In this document: one piece after another, positions 14,170-27,829 of the stretch
Layout: every line of letters begins with the position of its first letter
Position numbering within the stretch: the stretch's first letter is position 1
DNA from: Octopus sinensis
Taxonomy: Eukaryota
Assembly: GCF_006345805.1 (NCBI RefSeq)
Contig: NC_043010.1
Coordinates: 34,782,001-34,846,000, forward strand
DNA: 64,000 nt
Direction: 5' to 3'
Notes under the pieces: generated by a model
Databases searched by the model: none
What the model saw: the letters and a program-made list of their open reading frames with translations, nothing else
Told to the model about the DNA's origin: nothing
Made by a program: the position numbers and the translations under genes

Positions 14170-14470
14170 GAGAGTTATATTAATTGTTTGACAGTTGCTG
14201 GCAGCACCATCATATTCACTGCTGCCATTGGTGATGCTGCTGATGATGATAACTGGAGTGATGGAGGTGGTGGCGATGGTGGTGGTAGCAATGGCTGTAG
14301 AAATTGTGGTGATGGTGATAGTAATAGTAATAGTAGTAGCCTAGCAGCAGAAGTGATAATTATAACAGAAGCAGCCGCAGCTGTGGTAATGATTGCCATA
14401 GAAGCAACAACTGTAGTGGTAAGAGTAGAAGTGGTAGCAGCAATAGTGGTGATGGTGCTGGTTGCTAGCA
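14170..14470. repeat. Degenerate trinucleotide (GAT/GGT/AGT/GCA) low-complexity tract; similar tracts at 8370-8490, 12330-12560 and 16690-16830
   Basis: Runs of ggtggt/gatgat/agtagt/gcagca. Confidence 0.85.
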
Positions 14471-17139
14471 CCAAACTCAACTTTGAAGCAAGGACCTGAA
14501 CCTAACATAATTCTAAATCTTGTTCATTTTTCATACTCAAGGGCTCTAATTTGGTGGGAAGGAATAGTCAAATATATTAACTCAAACCCCACTGATTCTC
14601 AAGTTTGGAAGAATAAAAGGTGAGGTCAACCTCATTGGGATTTGAACTCAGAATGTAAAGAAAAAATAAAATTATGAAGAACACTTTTGCCAATTACATA
14701 AGCAATAAGGGTTTTACATTTAAATGTAGAAAGAAATGAAGCAACAAAATTAAAAACAAAATGATATTGAAATAGGATGTATGTGTAAAGGGTTTCTACC
14801 ACCAGGTGCAATCAAGAAAAACTATAGATTCTAGCTTGCCATGGATACCAAGAGCAAGTGCTCATTTCTTGATTGTGGTGTTTGGCCTACAACTGTATGT
14901 CCAGAGTGAGGCCCATTTAGCCAAGCAAAGGAGGTGGTGTTGCATGATCCATTGACCTTTTAAAAATAGCAGCAAAATCTTCATCATTTTACTATGTATT
15001 TCTTTAAAAGGGAAGAGACTTATGTTCAGATAAAGCTGTTCTAGCTACTCTACACTTAAAAAAAATTATAGGATGGCACGGCTGGAATGCCTTTCACTAA
15101 AGATTTTCTTAATTAGAACTGACTTTCAACTAATCTACTGGAGAACAACATGTTTCTCTCCACCCGCATCTTCTTCAAGAGATACTTGGAGAAATTGATG
15201 GTTTGACCAGAGAGTAAAAGCTGTCCCCTCACTCCTATCCACTATACTATCTCTTTCACCATATTCAGCCAATAGAAGAAAACTGTTTGTTCTTACCTTC
15301 CAAAAGAAGATGGTTGGTCATTCCTCAGAAAGAACAAACCAGATCTGTTCTACATTTTTAAAAGTCATTCAACATAAGTCAGCAAAACGATTTCATCACT
15401 CTATACAGACAAGCCCAACTGAGGATACTACTGCTACTACTTACTACAAACATAGATACAAGGTCACACACATGATGGGAAAGGTATAGCTGATACAATT
15501 AACCAAGTACACAACTGATACTTATTTTGTAGATATAAGAAGTGAGCGAAAGAGTCAAGTTGACCCCAGAATGATTCACACTCAGAATAGAGGAATGAAA
15601 CTAAATACTCGTGAATATTTTAATTCAATAGTCTACCAAAATCATTACAGCCATACACTAACAACAAAGGAAAATGGAGACTGAAGAGCGAAAAAAAATA
15701 TAGGGTGAAAAAATCAATAAATAACCAAGTTCCAAGATATAGAAATATGATGTATTTTTTGAGGCATTGGTCTATATGAAACTGAGATAGTATGAAGTGT
15801 CAGTTTAAATTGATTGCTACACTTCCTGTGCCAGAAAGAAGATAAATATACAATAACAATAAACACATAAACATAGAAAGCTTTTATGTCAACTAGTTCA
15901 GATCTTCAGTTATGAGTTTGGTTCCCACCAAAGGTAATTTTAACAGTTTACCTTTTAGGTATTAAAAAAATGGTTTCTTGCTTTGGCAAATATTTTCAAA
16001 AAAGGTAGGTGGTATATTCAAATATAGGGACCCCAGTAATGACTGCTTTTTAACAAGGCCAAAGGCAAATTTAACAACAAATCTTTAATTTGAGACACAG
16101 TAGAAGAATGTTGTAACACTATAGGGTTTCGTTGGCTGCTCTTCCATTTCTTGTAATTCTAATGATGATGTTAATTGTGATTTGTAGCTTTCAGTCACAT
16201 CAATTTCACGACTCCTCATCCACTGGAAGGGAGCACTTCCCTCTCTATTTTTAGAAAGAAATGCTCTCTTCCAGTGAATTTTTAAGAAATAGAAAGCAAA
16301 TTCTTTTATAAAATTGAAAAGCCTGTTTGACCGATACTTATCATCTCTGATTTTCATATAATAAGACAACTCATTTCTAGGAGAAACACTCTGTTGTATG
16401 TAACTTTCCTAGAGGCCCCACTACCTTTTTCAATCAACTATGTTACATAAGAGTTGAATTAGAGTTAAGGTATAATGCCTAAACATATGTAATAAAACCA
16501 TGACTTTGAAGTCAAGAACTGGTAGAATGGAGGAAGATGTGGGAATGGAGAAGACATGACGAAGTAAAATCTCAGGGTGGCTGGGCCCTCATAGATGAAG
16601 TGATGATGAAAGACTGACATGAATGAGTGGTTACCTACGATTCATCAAAGATATCTAACCTATGTCAGCTTGAGAAAAATAGCCATTGAAGAGGAAGGTG
16701 ATGGTTATAGTGGTAGTGATGGAGCAGTAATGGTGGTGGTGGCAGGGATGGTGGTGATAGTGAGAGCAGTAATAGAGGTGATATTGATGCTGATGATGAT
16801 GATGGTAGTGACACTAATAGTACCGACAATGGTGAGCTCAATGGAATATCATTTTGCTGAATTTTCCTTTCATGTTTTTTTTATAAAAGCAATCGACCAT
16901 AATAATAGTGAGGCGCATCACAACTTACTGCACCCTTCTCATTATCTAAATTCCTTTTTTTTTGTTCTTAACAGACTAATTCCTATTGATATACGAGTGT
17001 TGAGATATGGATGTAATGACATAATACCATGTGACTATCATCACATTTCACTGATTAAAGAGAATTTTATAATGACTGGTCATTACTATGATTACACTCA
17101 TATATGGTTTTGTAGTGTCAGGGTATGTGTGCATATCTG

Positions 17140-17400
17140 TAAATGTGTGCACATGTACGTGTGTGTGTGTGCATATGTATGTGTGTGTGCATGTGTACTT
17201 ATATGTGTGTCTGCATGCTTGTGTGTGTGTTGCACATGTGTACTTATATGTGTTGTGTGTGTGTGTACTTATATGTGTGTCTGCATGCTTGTATGTGTGT
17301 ACTTATATGTGTGTCTGCATGCTTGTATGTGTGTTGTGCATGTGCACTTATATGTGTGTCTGCATGCTTGTGTGTGTGTATGAATTTATGTGTGAGTGAG
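17140..17400. repeat. Minisatellite with core tacttatatgtgtgtctgcatgcttgt
   Basis: Four near-complete copies and one partial, embedded in (TG)n. Confidence 0.9.
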
Positions 17401-17689
17401 TTGGTGTGTGTGCACCAGTATGTATGTTTCAGTGTGTGGGTGTATGTTTGTGGATGCAGGAATTTGTTTCCTTTATGAATGGTGGAAGCTGGAACTTGTA
17501 ATTGGATGTGGTGGGGTTCTGCTTACCTATCTGATGTGTGTGAGTTTCTATGTACCTATATACATGTACTTGTTGTTGTTCTGTGAGAGTATCTTTACAG
17601 AAGCTGTGTTGCTATTTATTACTGTTCTACTGACAGGCTGAACATCACCTGGTGTACCACAACAAACTAATTGGCTTTGGGTACTATCA

Positions 17690-17990
17690 CAAAAGGGTGG
17701 GGTTGCCTAAACAAGATCTCAGTTTACAGATACTTCACAAAGAATCAATAATGTATCTGACAACCCAAGGAAGTATTTTTGTAGCTGCTTAGTCCTAATT
17801 TGATAGATTTATCATTAATGATGTTCCAGCCATGACTATCCTACCTTTTATTTATGTGTAGTGTATCTAAGACTACATTATCCAATATGTCCTTTTTTGA
17901 AGATAAAATGGTAAAGTGTAATTTGAGGGATATTTAGCTGCTATTTCTTGATGGTCAAGTGATAATGTTAAGGCTCTCTCATTGGAGCAC
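17690..17990. repeat. Unclassified interspersed repeat (family E); other copies at ~8100-8280, 13590-13830, 14930-15150, 35990-36230 and 44190-44370
   Basis: Shared motifs tagaaatagcagccaaat-ctccctcaaatcacacc, gataatgtagtcctagat and gctggaatgcctttgatca. Confidence 0.65.
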
Positions 17991-18339
17991 TCAAATGAAA
18001 TAGTTTAATATTCTTCCACAAGATGGAGCCTCTACATCAGTTATACTTCCACAATACATAAAATATCTTAACCATTTTTTAATAAAATTCCTTATAATAC
18101 TTAAATATAAAAATATAGTAGGATTTTTTTAACATGGTGGTCCAGTAGAGTAAAATGTGAATCAAAGTGGTCTATAGGCAAAAAATGGTTGAAAGCCACA
18201 GCTCTACAAGATCAATTTATATACTAGAAGGAACAGTCACATTTCCCGTTAAATCACACTCTACCATCTTAAAAACAGAATGAAACATTGAATAATACAA
18301 TCCAAGATATACTGTATCTGAATGAAGGCTGGAATTATT

Positions 18340-18717
18340 TTTACCTCTGTCTTCGCTAAGGCAGAGGTATTGTTTTCAGTCATGTTTGATTTGTTTGTTT
18401 GCTTGTCCATGGACAAGATGCCTCAAGAACCACTGGATGGATTTGGATGAAACTTTCAGGGATGTTTGGTCTCGTAACTGGCACAAACTGATTAAATTTT
18501 GGGATCAATCCAGTACCAGACAAGGATTCTGGATTATTTTTCCGTTTTTTTTTTACTTAATTTTTGAGAGCAGTTGGGTTCATTTTTATTATTCTTGTTT
18601 GTGAGAGTAATCGAGTTTATTTCAGATATTCTCATTTTAAAAATCATCTCCTGGTAATTGTTGAGAGGACGTTGATGTTGCCTTGGCGGAGATTTGCGCT
18701 CTCTGAGTGTTCTTGTT
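18340..18717 (+). mobile_element. Non-autonomous Helentron/HINE(DINE-1)-like element, copy 1
   Basis: 5' hairpin tacctctg-tcttcgctaagg-cagaggta, then a (TTTG)n tract. The 3' subterminal ccttggcggag is near-complementary to the 5' cttcgctaagg; ends gcgctctctgagtg. This is the HINE end architecture. Confidence 0.65.
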
Positions 18718-19393
18718 AGATCTGTTTTTCCATGCTAGCTTGGGTTAGACAAATATATTACTGAGGCATTGTTTTATAACTGGATACCTTGCCTGTTTTT
18801 CAAGGGACTCTTATTCCATGTCTTTGAAGGTACAAAGTCAGCAGATGACTTGTTGACAGAGAAAATAACATCAGCACTGCCTGTTGCACAGTGATTTTCA
18901 GAGAAGCACAAACGCATGCACACACACTCTCACACATACATTTCTTCCAATATCCATCTACCAAATCTACTCACAAGACTTTCGTCAGCTCTGGGCAAGT
19001 GTCTACTACTATACATCATGGACTCTTGCCCAAGATTCCAACTGAACCCCAAATCACATGGTGAGGATGATGATAGAGTTGTAAGCAATAGAGGTCATAC
19101 TTTTAACTCTTTCATCTTGCCCACAATACCTTGCTAGCAATACCTCTCTCAGAAAAACACAAATCATTTGCAAGATAATAAAACACTTGTCACTTTTACT
19201 GTGCTGCCACTGTTTACAGCAGTGGCTGTTCCTCCTTCAGGTGCTTAATTTACAGCCAATGAATCAGGATTTTATCAGGTGTTGGTAGTGTTATTTTCAT
19301 CCTCAGATTATTTCTGCAACACCAGCCCTTTAATGCAGGCTGTAAATAGCTGATAACCACAGTAAAGTGAATGAAATCAGTAAAATAATAAAA

Positions 19394-19757
19394 AACAAGT
19401 GCACTCAGAGAGCGCAAACCTCCACCAAGGTAACACCAACGTCCTCTCAATGATTAGCCAAAGATGATTTTTAAAAGGAGAATATCTGAAATAAACTCGA
19501 CTGCTCTCACCAATGAGAATACTAAAAATGAACCCAACCGTTCCCAAAAATTAAGTAAAAAAAAAATGAAAATAATGATCCATAATCCTTGTCTGGTACT
19601 GGATTGATCCCAAAATCTAATCAGTTTGTACCAGTCACGAGGACAAATATCCCTGAAAGTTTCATCCAAATCCATCCAGCAGTTTTTGAGATATCTTGTC
19701 CACGGACAAACAACCAAACATGACCGAGAACAATGCCTTCGCTAAGGTGAAGGTAAT
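19394..19757 (-). mobile_element. Helentron/HINE-like element, copy 2 (inverted relative to copy 1)
   Basis: Reverse complement aligns colinearly with 18340-18717 (ggatggatttggatgaaactttcaggga, gggatcaatccagtaccagacaaggatt, gagtttatttcagatattctc). Confidence 0.7.
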
Positions 19758-20176
19758 AACGAACAAACGTATATATATATATATTTATATGTATGTATTC
19801 ATTTGTTTTTTTTTTTATGTGATTTTTCCTTACTGGAATGGATTCATTAGGAACATATTTGAAGCAGAATTTCACAAACAGATGTCTTTCCTATAGCCAG
19901 GATATTTTCTTCCATCAGACTTGGAAAGCACAAACCTACAGGAGGTATTGCTCACAAGGAATATAAAATACACGACACAAACTCGAAAGTTTATCCAGTT
20001 CTCAGACATTACACATATTCCAAGAATTCGCCAGACATGCTGTATGAGTCATATGAGCTTTTCCCAGTAGGATGGTATCATGTTGAAGTATTATCTCTAC
20101 ACAAAATTCAACCTACACCACTGCACAGTCTCCAGATTCTGCTTTACATATACGTATACTATTACATACCTATATA

Positions 20177-20228
<52 letters not shown>

Positions 20229-20552
20229 CGCACACACACACAAATATATATACATCATATAAATATATGTACATGTGTGTGTGTGCATGTATGCATATAC
20301 ATACATATGTGTGTATGTATGTATATATATATTCATGTGTATGTATATACGTTTGCGTGTATACACACACACATAGATATATGTAATAAACATATAATCT
20401 AAAATCATTGGTCCAACAAAATATATTTTGTCAGCCAAATGAATATGGATAAAATGTTTATTCACTCTCAAACATTCTTTATGCTAAACAGCCAGACATA
20501 GCTTTTTTGAATACATCACCCACTGGAGAAATTTAAGTACATGTATGTGGGG

Positions 20553-20583
<31 letters not shown>

Positions 20584-21106
20584 CATATATATTTGATTAA
20601 TGAGAGAGATGGAAGATATGAGAATGTGTATTAATCACTACAATTGTTTCAACCCATCTACCATCAATCCCTCATGGGTGGAATACTGAACATCTGGTTT
20701 AGGGGCTTCCATTACTGTAGCTGTGTCTTCCCAAGTGATTACAAAATATGTCTCATTAAAATAATAAACTTTACTGGTAAACTACCAGGTGTATATCATA
20801 CAATTAATTAACTAATTATATATATACATACATGCACACGCACACATACATGTGCAATCATTTGTAAAAGCCAAGTAATAATGATTGGAACCAGTGGCAT
20901 TTGGATCAGTAAGTTAACAATTCAATGAGATGAAAGCTAACTTAATTAATTATACATACATACATACACACACACATCTATATATATATATACACACACA
21001 CACACACATCTATATATATATACACACACACACACATTTAATGCAACTAATACATGTGTTTGTTGTTTACACACCCGTCTTCATATTTTGCTTTTTTTGT
21101 AAATTC

Positions 21107-21153
<47 letters not shown>

Positions 21154-21534
21154 TTTATTTCTTTGTGTATTTTGAATATGAATTTCAGGAAATATCTATA
21201 AATATATTTAGTTTTATGACATTTATAGAAATTCAGTACTGCCATCCAAGATTATTGGAAATGTAAGTGATTTGGCTACAGAATCATACTTTAAAACTGC
21301 AGTCTATATTTAAATACTTAAACTGTAGTTTTAAAATGGTGTCACATTTTAAAATGTTCTGTTGGTACAAGGCCATTTTTCCCTAACATCAAGACATCCA
21401 TGGTTCTGTTCTGACACAATAAATGCATCTTTACCAAATTCACCAAGAATTTAGTCTTAGCCACCACTGCTGAATTCACAAAAAGTATGTGAGTGCACGA
21501 GACTGTATGTGAGTAGGGCATGTCTGTGTATGTA

Positions 21535-21593
<59 letters not shown>

Positions 21594-21599
21594 AGTTAA

Positions 21600-21800
21600 T
21601 CCAAACAAGAAAGCACAAAAAAAACACAACAATGTGAGGACGTGGAACAAATATAGTATTATTGGACACTCAGGAAAGAAGGAAAGAAGGAGGGTTTAAC
21701 GTTTCGAGCGGAGCTCTTCATCGGAAACATAGGAGAAGGAAAGATCCAGAGAAGGGAAGACAGAGGGAAAAAAATCGCCAACGGTACACACGAGGTCACA
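21600..21800 (-). mobile_element. Penelope-like element terminal (pLTR-type) fragment
   Basis: Carries a minimal hammerhead-like motif (next feature). A related fragment with a similar flank lies at 29445-29620. Confidence 0.5.
21694..21728 (-). ncRNA. Minimal type I hammerhead-ribozyme-like motif (U4C core variant)
   Basis: Minus strand GUUU-CCGAUGA-A-GAGC-UCC-GCUC-GAAACGUU-AAAC. Stem I GUUU/AAAC, stem II GAGC/GCUC, palindromic ACGU stem III, GUU cleavage triplet. Confidence 0.55.
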
Positions 21801-21924
21801 TTATACACATACACACAATACATTATATTCATCTAAATACTAATTTAGATGGCAATGAATGAGATCTTCACCATTATGCCATGCCTGAGAAGACCCATTA
21901 AACCAAACAAAATTGCAGTTGTGG

Positions 21925-22140
21925 CAGAGACTGGTATCATGCTAATGGCGCCTGTGCCAGTGACATGCAAAAGCACCTGTTACACTCTCGGAGTGGTTGG
22001 CATTAGGAAGGCATCCAGCTGTAGAAAACCATGCCAAATCAGACTGGAGACTGGTGCAGCCTTCCAGCTTACAAGCCCTGGTCAAACCGTCTAACCATGC
22101 ACCATGAACAACGGATGTTAAATGATGATGATGATGATGA
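21925..22140 (+). mobile_element. Family C retro-element 3' end with (GAT)n tail; other copies at 11020-11245 (+), 30106-30303 (+), 40144-40510 (-) and 43685-43975 (+)
   Basis: Shared tacactctcggagtggttggcgttaggaagggcatccagctgtagaaa...gacgttaaacgatgatgatg. Confidence 0.85.
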
Positions 22141-22700
22141 GATTTCATGTTGCTCCAGTTGCCCTCTTGGTCAGGGGGTAATGATGGCCTGCTTACTTAG
22201 CCAACAGGGTGACATCATTTGAAGGCTAAAATGATGCAAAGCACATTGTGACCAGTGATGTGTAGCAATATCTGATAGTCTGTTTAGTCATGTGATACAT
22301 ATTCTTTTTTTTTATTCTTTTACTCATTTCAGTCATTGGACTGTGGCTATGCTAGAGCACCACCTTTTAGTTGAACAAATCAACCCCAGGACACAGTCTT
22401 TGTAAGTCTAGTATTTATTCTATAGGTATCTTTTGCCAAACCACTAAGTTATGGGAACGTAAACCTACCAACATCAGTTGTCAAGTGATAGTGGGGGGGG
22501 GAACAAACACAGACACACAAACATATATATATATATATATACGACGGGCTTCTTTCAGTTTCCCTTTACCAAATCCACTCACTTTGGTTGGCCTGAGACA
22601 ATAGTAGAGTGACACTTGCCCAAGGTGCTATGCAGTGAGACTGAACCCAGACCCATGTGGTTGGGAAGCAATCTTCTTACCACACAGCCACACATGTGCC

Positions 22701-22734
<34 letters not shown>

Positions 22735-23415
22735 TAAGCATAAACACCAGGCCATCCACATTGCATTTCTGAGGAGACCATTATATTCTGCCACTGCTTC
22801 ACTTTATATAGCTGTATCAAAGAATAGATATAGCCAGATTATCTGTGAGTATTACTTGTGAGAGACTAACACTTTATCTGAGGGGAAGATTTAACACTCA
22901 TATGTTTCACACTATGAAACTGAGTTTACACACCGTCCTTAAAAGCTATTAAATTTAGAGTATTGCTCACATGTGGAAAGACTTGTAAAACACACAAATC
23001 ACTCTCACTCATTCTGTCACACACACACAGAGTCATGCGAACCTAGTCATACACATAATTTACAATCACATATGCAATCTAGTCGTACACACAAACTACT
23101 ATTGCAAACACATAAACCAATCTCACACACACACACATAACACACCAGTTACACAAACAAATAAACCAGTCACAAAAATACACACTTCCATATCACACAA
23201 ACCCCAGATAGGCATAACAGAAACAAACTGGCCATACATACACATGCACAAACCCGATGCATACTCACACATACATACATACACACACAAACCAGATACA
23301 TACATACACACATCAACTGACAACTGCACATGCATCAAACCAGTCATACACAGAGTTTATATTCTAAGTCCTTCAGTAGGATATTCCAATAATAACCAGA
23401 AAATTACTGAAACAA

Positions 23416-23453
<38 letters not shown>

Positions 23454-24288
23454 CAGAATAAATAACAAAAAGTAAAAAAAAAAGACACCCCATCTACTCC
23501 TGACCCACCAGCTGTCAACTAAGTAAGGATTATTAAGAGTTGCATCCATTTCAAAGTGACTTGTTTACCAGAGTATATCGAGCTATCTAGACACACTGCT
23601 GATATCGCTTGCTTTCATTACATCACTGCTTGCCAGCTAGTTCCTCTTTTAGTACAAGAATTTCAGGAATACTTTTGAGAACAGTGACAAACCTCATTTG
23701 TGTGTGTGCGTGCGTGTGTACCAGTCTCTCTCTGCATGCATGCATGTGTGTGTGTGTGTGTGTGTGTTGTGTGTGTGTGTGTTTGTGTGTGTATATTGCA
23801 CTCCAGTCTATCCTAGCTATGATTACAGAGGCCTCACCACCAGGGTGAATTATATCTGTCCAATCATGTAATCTAAAATTTACATACTTACCACGCAATA
23901 ACACAAATTATCTATCTGTTTCTCTCTCTCTCTCTCCCATATATATATATTTCAAAATATAGAAAGATTATATATAGAGATATACATGTGAGATATATAC
24001 ATATGTATACACACACACATACACCAATGATACTATGTACATGTTTTGAGAGAGAGAGAGAGAGGCAAAAGCGGGAAGGATATTAGAAATATTCTTAGTA
24101 AGATATTTTTATCTGAAGTTATGTGTTGGAAACGGTATTGCATTTTTATCGAGTCCTGTTTGTTTGCTCAAGTGCCAACCATTAAACATAGATGTTAAAC
24201 TATACAAGCCTTTATTGTTTTATATGGGTGCAGAGATAGTCTTGCAAATAACACAGAGGGCAACCAGCTGGCTAGTCACCTAGTTATA

Positions 24289-25562
24289 TCAGGTCATCCC
24301 ATAAGTTCTGTCCGATTTTACCTTTTTTGAAATTGAATGAAATTTAATAGTATTTTAGAATGTCTAATGGAATTAAAAATTATTTCTATGCGTTTGTGTA
24401 CATTTAAACTAATTAAATATTATTTTACAGAATAATAGAATTGATTAAAGCCCTTTCTAACATGGAAGTATCCAAAGAGCATTTGAGGCACATAATGCTT
24501 TATGAGTACAAAAAAGGAAACTCTGCAGCCGAAGTGACTCGAAACATACACTCAGTGTATAGGAAAGAGTGCTTGAATGAAAGAACTTGGAGAAGATGGT
24601 TTGCAAAATTCAGAAGTGGAGATTTCAGCCTTGAAGATGAAGATTGAACAGGTCGTCCGTTGAGTTTGATGATAAGCTCCTTGAGGCATTACTTGAAGAA
24701 AATCCTGCAATATCAGTTGAAGAATTGGCAATAAAACTTAGTTCAAACCATACAACTGTTCATTGTCATCTTCAACAACTTGGAAAGGTTCCTAAACTTG
24801 GAAAATGGGTGCCTCATGAATTGTCCGAAAGCAACCGCAAATCCCGAGTTGACATCTGCTCTTCTCTCCATTCTCACAAACTCATTTCACCCTTTTTGGA
24901 TAGACTTGTGACTGGTGACAAAAAATGGATCTTCTATCGAAATGTTAAAAGTTGTAAACAGTGGCTTGGTAGAAGGGAAAAAACTCAACCATAACTGAGA
25001 AGGGAACTTCATGGGAAAAAGGTTCTTATCTCTATCTGGTGGGATTGCAAAGGAGTATTTCACTTTGAATTGTTATCACCTAATGCAACAATCAATGCTC
25101 AAGTCTACTATCAGCAATTAGAGCGTTTGAATCAAGCTTTGAAGAAAAAAAGACCCGCTTTAGTGAATCGAAAAGGAGTGATGTTTCATCAGGACAATGC
25201 GTGACCCCACACTGCAAAGATCACATCACAGAAGATTGAAGAGCTTGGTTGGAAAAAATTCTCATCTACCTTATTCTCCTGACCTTGCTCTTTCAGACTA
25301 CCATTTGTTTCCTAGTTTACAGAATCATTTGGGGGACATAACTTTTGCAAGCCAGAAGGAGGTCAAAACTGACATTTCAGAGTTCTTTGCTTTGACATCA
25401 AAAGAGTTTTACATTGATGGGATTAAAAAGCTTGTAAATAGATGGAAGGAAGTCATGGATAACCAGGGAAAGTACATTGATGATTAAATTTCAATTCAAT
25501 ATAACATTTGATCACTTGTTTTCTTTATTCAAAATTCGGACAGAACTTATGGGATGACCTAA
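24289..25562 (+). mobile_element. Full-length (1,274 bp) mariner DNA transposon, inactive
   Basis: Left TIR tcaggtcatcccataagttctgtccga (24289) and right TIR tcggacagaacttatgggatgacctaa (ends 25562) differ at one position. TA duplicated at 24287-88 and 25563-64. Encloses a transposase pseudogene. Confidence 0.97.
24462..25487 (+). pseudogene. DD34D mariner transposase pseudogene
   Basis: HTH N-terminus (MEVSKEHLRHIMLYEYKKG), WVPHEL, TGDKKW (D1), HQDNA (D2), YSPDLALSDYHLF (D3). D2-D3 spacing is 34 after frameshift repair. Stops at 24645-47, 24992-94 and 25202-04; frameshifts near 24658 and 25260. Confidence 0.95.
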
Positions 25563-26108
25563 TACTTTGGTACTACTACTACACTGAGTCTATGCCTTCA
25601 TAGTCAATTACATAATACTACAATTACAGCGTAATTATAGTACAATTACAGTATGGTATAATTACCAAAAGTGGAGGCATACAGCCAAGTGTTTAGGCTG
25701 TCTAAATTGTAAGATTGTGGTTTCAATTCCTGAACCAGGTGACACGTTTTTGAGCAAAGCACTTCATTTCATGTTGCACCAGTCTACTCAGCTGGCAAAA
25801 ATGAGTAATCTTGTGACAAACCAGCATCCTGTCCAGCATGGTAAATATATATAAATGCCATGGAAGTTTGTTGGGATGCACTTATAATTATCATAGGAAT
25901 GATCCAATAATAGGATTTGTTTCAGCCCTTTACATGTGGTTTGCTAAGTTTTAACACATGGGGTTTCTTAGAAGGAGTACACATTTGATTATGTCATCCC
26001 CAATACTTAGCTAGTAGTTTACTGCTGATCTTAGGATGCTGAATGACAAAGGAGACCCTGGTGAGATTTTAACATGGAACAAACAGGAATGAAATAAAAT
26101 ACATCAAG

Positions 26109-26417
26109 TAGAGGAGTAGCCAGGTTCTAAAGTTGGTGGGGATGCGTACATAATACAGGTGCTGCAACACATACCAAACAATTTTTAATTGATTTCTCTT
26201 ACATTATGTAAAATATTTCATTAATTGTAATATATGTAATTGAATTCTACATTCATTAATTTCATGTTTCAGTAACAATGTCATTATGTATGAAACTTAC
26301 AACAACTAATATAGGTAACTAAAGAGTTAAAACAAAATGTTGAAAAGGGTTTAATTTTGAAAAATGTGCTCAGTGGGGTGTGGTCACTCCCCTTGTTCCC
26401 CTATTAGCTACGCCACT
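26109..26417. mobile_element. Degenerate MITE with (C/T)AGTGGCGTAGC-type ends
   Basis: Left tagaggagtagccagg vs right gctacgccacta; AT-rich interior. Confidence 0.4.
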
Positions 26418-27354
26418 AACCTAAAGATATTTTAAATGGGTGCTTTTCTTATTCAGCCACTCCAATAACCTCATGCTAATCATGATGATGATGATGATGA
26501 TTGTTTCAAATTCAAATGCAAGGCTAGCAATTTAAGGACGGTGGGGATGGGGAGGGATAGGGTGGAGGTAGTGAATTACATCAACATAGTATTTGACTTG
26601 CACTTCATTTTATCAAGCCTGAAAGAATGATAAACAAAACTGATTTGGGCAGGATTTGAACTCAGAATATAAAAGTTGGAAGAAACACTGCTAAGCATTT
26701 TGTTCGATGTGTTGATGATTCTGTCAGCTGGTCTCAAATTTGAGCATTTGGACTGAATGGATTTCTACCTGTGAAATTAAATATTCAAGTGGTTGTGTAT
26801 TCCTTACACTCATCTATCTGCAAGTGAGTAGTTATTTGTGTATCCATGTGTGTGTATGTGTGTATAGGTGTGTAAGCATGTGTGTTTGTATATGTAGGTA
26901 TGTACTTGTGTATGCATCTATATAAGCACATGTGTTATATGTGTGTATATATTTGTGCATGTCTATGTGTTTATATTTGTGCATGTATATGTGTATAAAC
27001 AGACACAGTGCTCTTCAGCTGGTCAGCCCCTATCAAACCATCCTGATGTTAAATGATGTACTCTTTTTTTTGTTTGTTTGTTAGTTTTTTTTTGTCTTTG
27101 TTGCCGTACACATTCACTAGCTTTCTTACAAAGGGGTCTAACGCCCTTAGCTTAGATTTTTTGGGGGACAACCAGATCGAACCATCTCAAGTGTAACTGT
27201 CCGAAATGGTTGTGACTTCTGGTACTTGACTGATGAAAGAAAGCCAAGAATGACACGTCTTTTTTTTACCTGTCCTAATTGTTGTTTCTCTTGTCCACCT
27301 TTGTGTTGTCTATCTGTCCGAACGTTTTAATGCCTTCTATTACATTTTTGTTCC

Positions 27355-27391
<37 letters not shown>

Positions 27392-27829
27392 TATATATAT
27401 ATAAATATATATCTATATATATATATCTACATATGTGTGTGTGTACATGCTTGTCTAAGTACATGCATACATATGTGTGTACAATATATCTATGTGCAAA
27501 ATGTGTGTGTACATAAGTATATTGGTTAGAAGAAGGTACTATATGTGTTTCATGTATGTGTGCAAGACTCTCCCTCTCTCTCTCTCTCTCTTTCCCCAAC
27601 TAGCTTTCTATAATTGAAGGTCAGACATTCTAACTAATATATACTTTCTGTTCCTGTTCCTGTCGAACAGCAAAAATAGTCTCTGGGAAATATGTCAGCT
27701 TCTGAGAAATCTATTAAAGTTAAATGTTCCAGTGTAATAAAGCAACAGAATGTTAACTTTTGGGTCAAAAATTCTAAAACCACAACATATGCAGAGATTG
27801 GCATTTATCTGCAGCAAACAGAAAGAATC

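Noticed and set aside
16085-16230. Possible minus-strand exon (WMRSREIDVTESYKSQLTSSLELQEMEEQPTKPY...)
   Set aside because: Coding-like, with a possible cccttccAG acceptor, but no donor, homology or phase link to the known exons. Needs RNA-seq.
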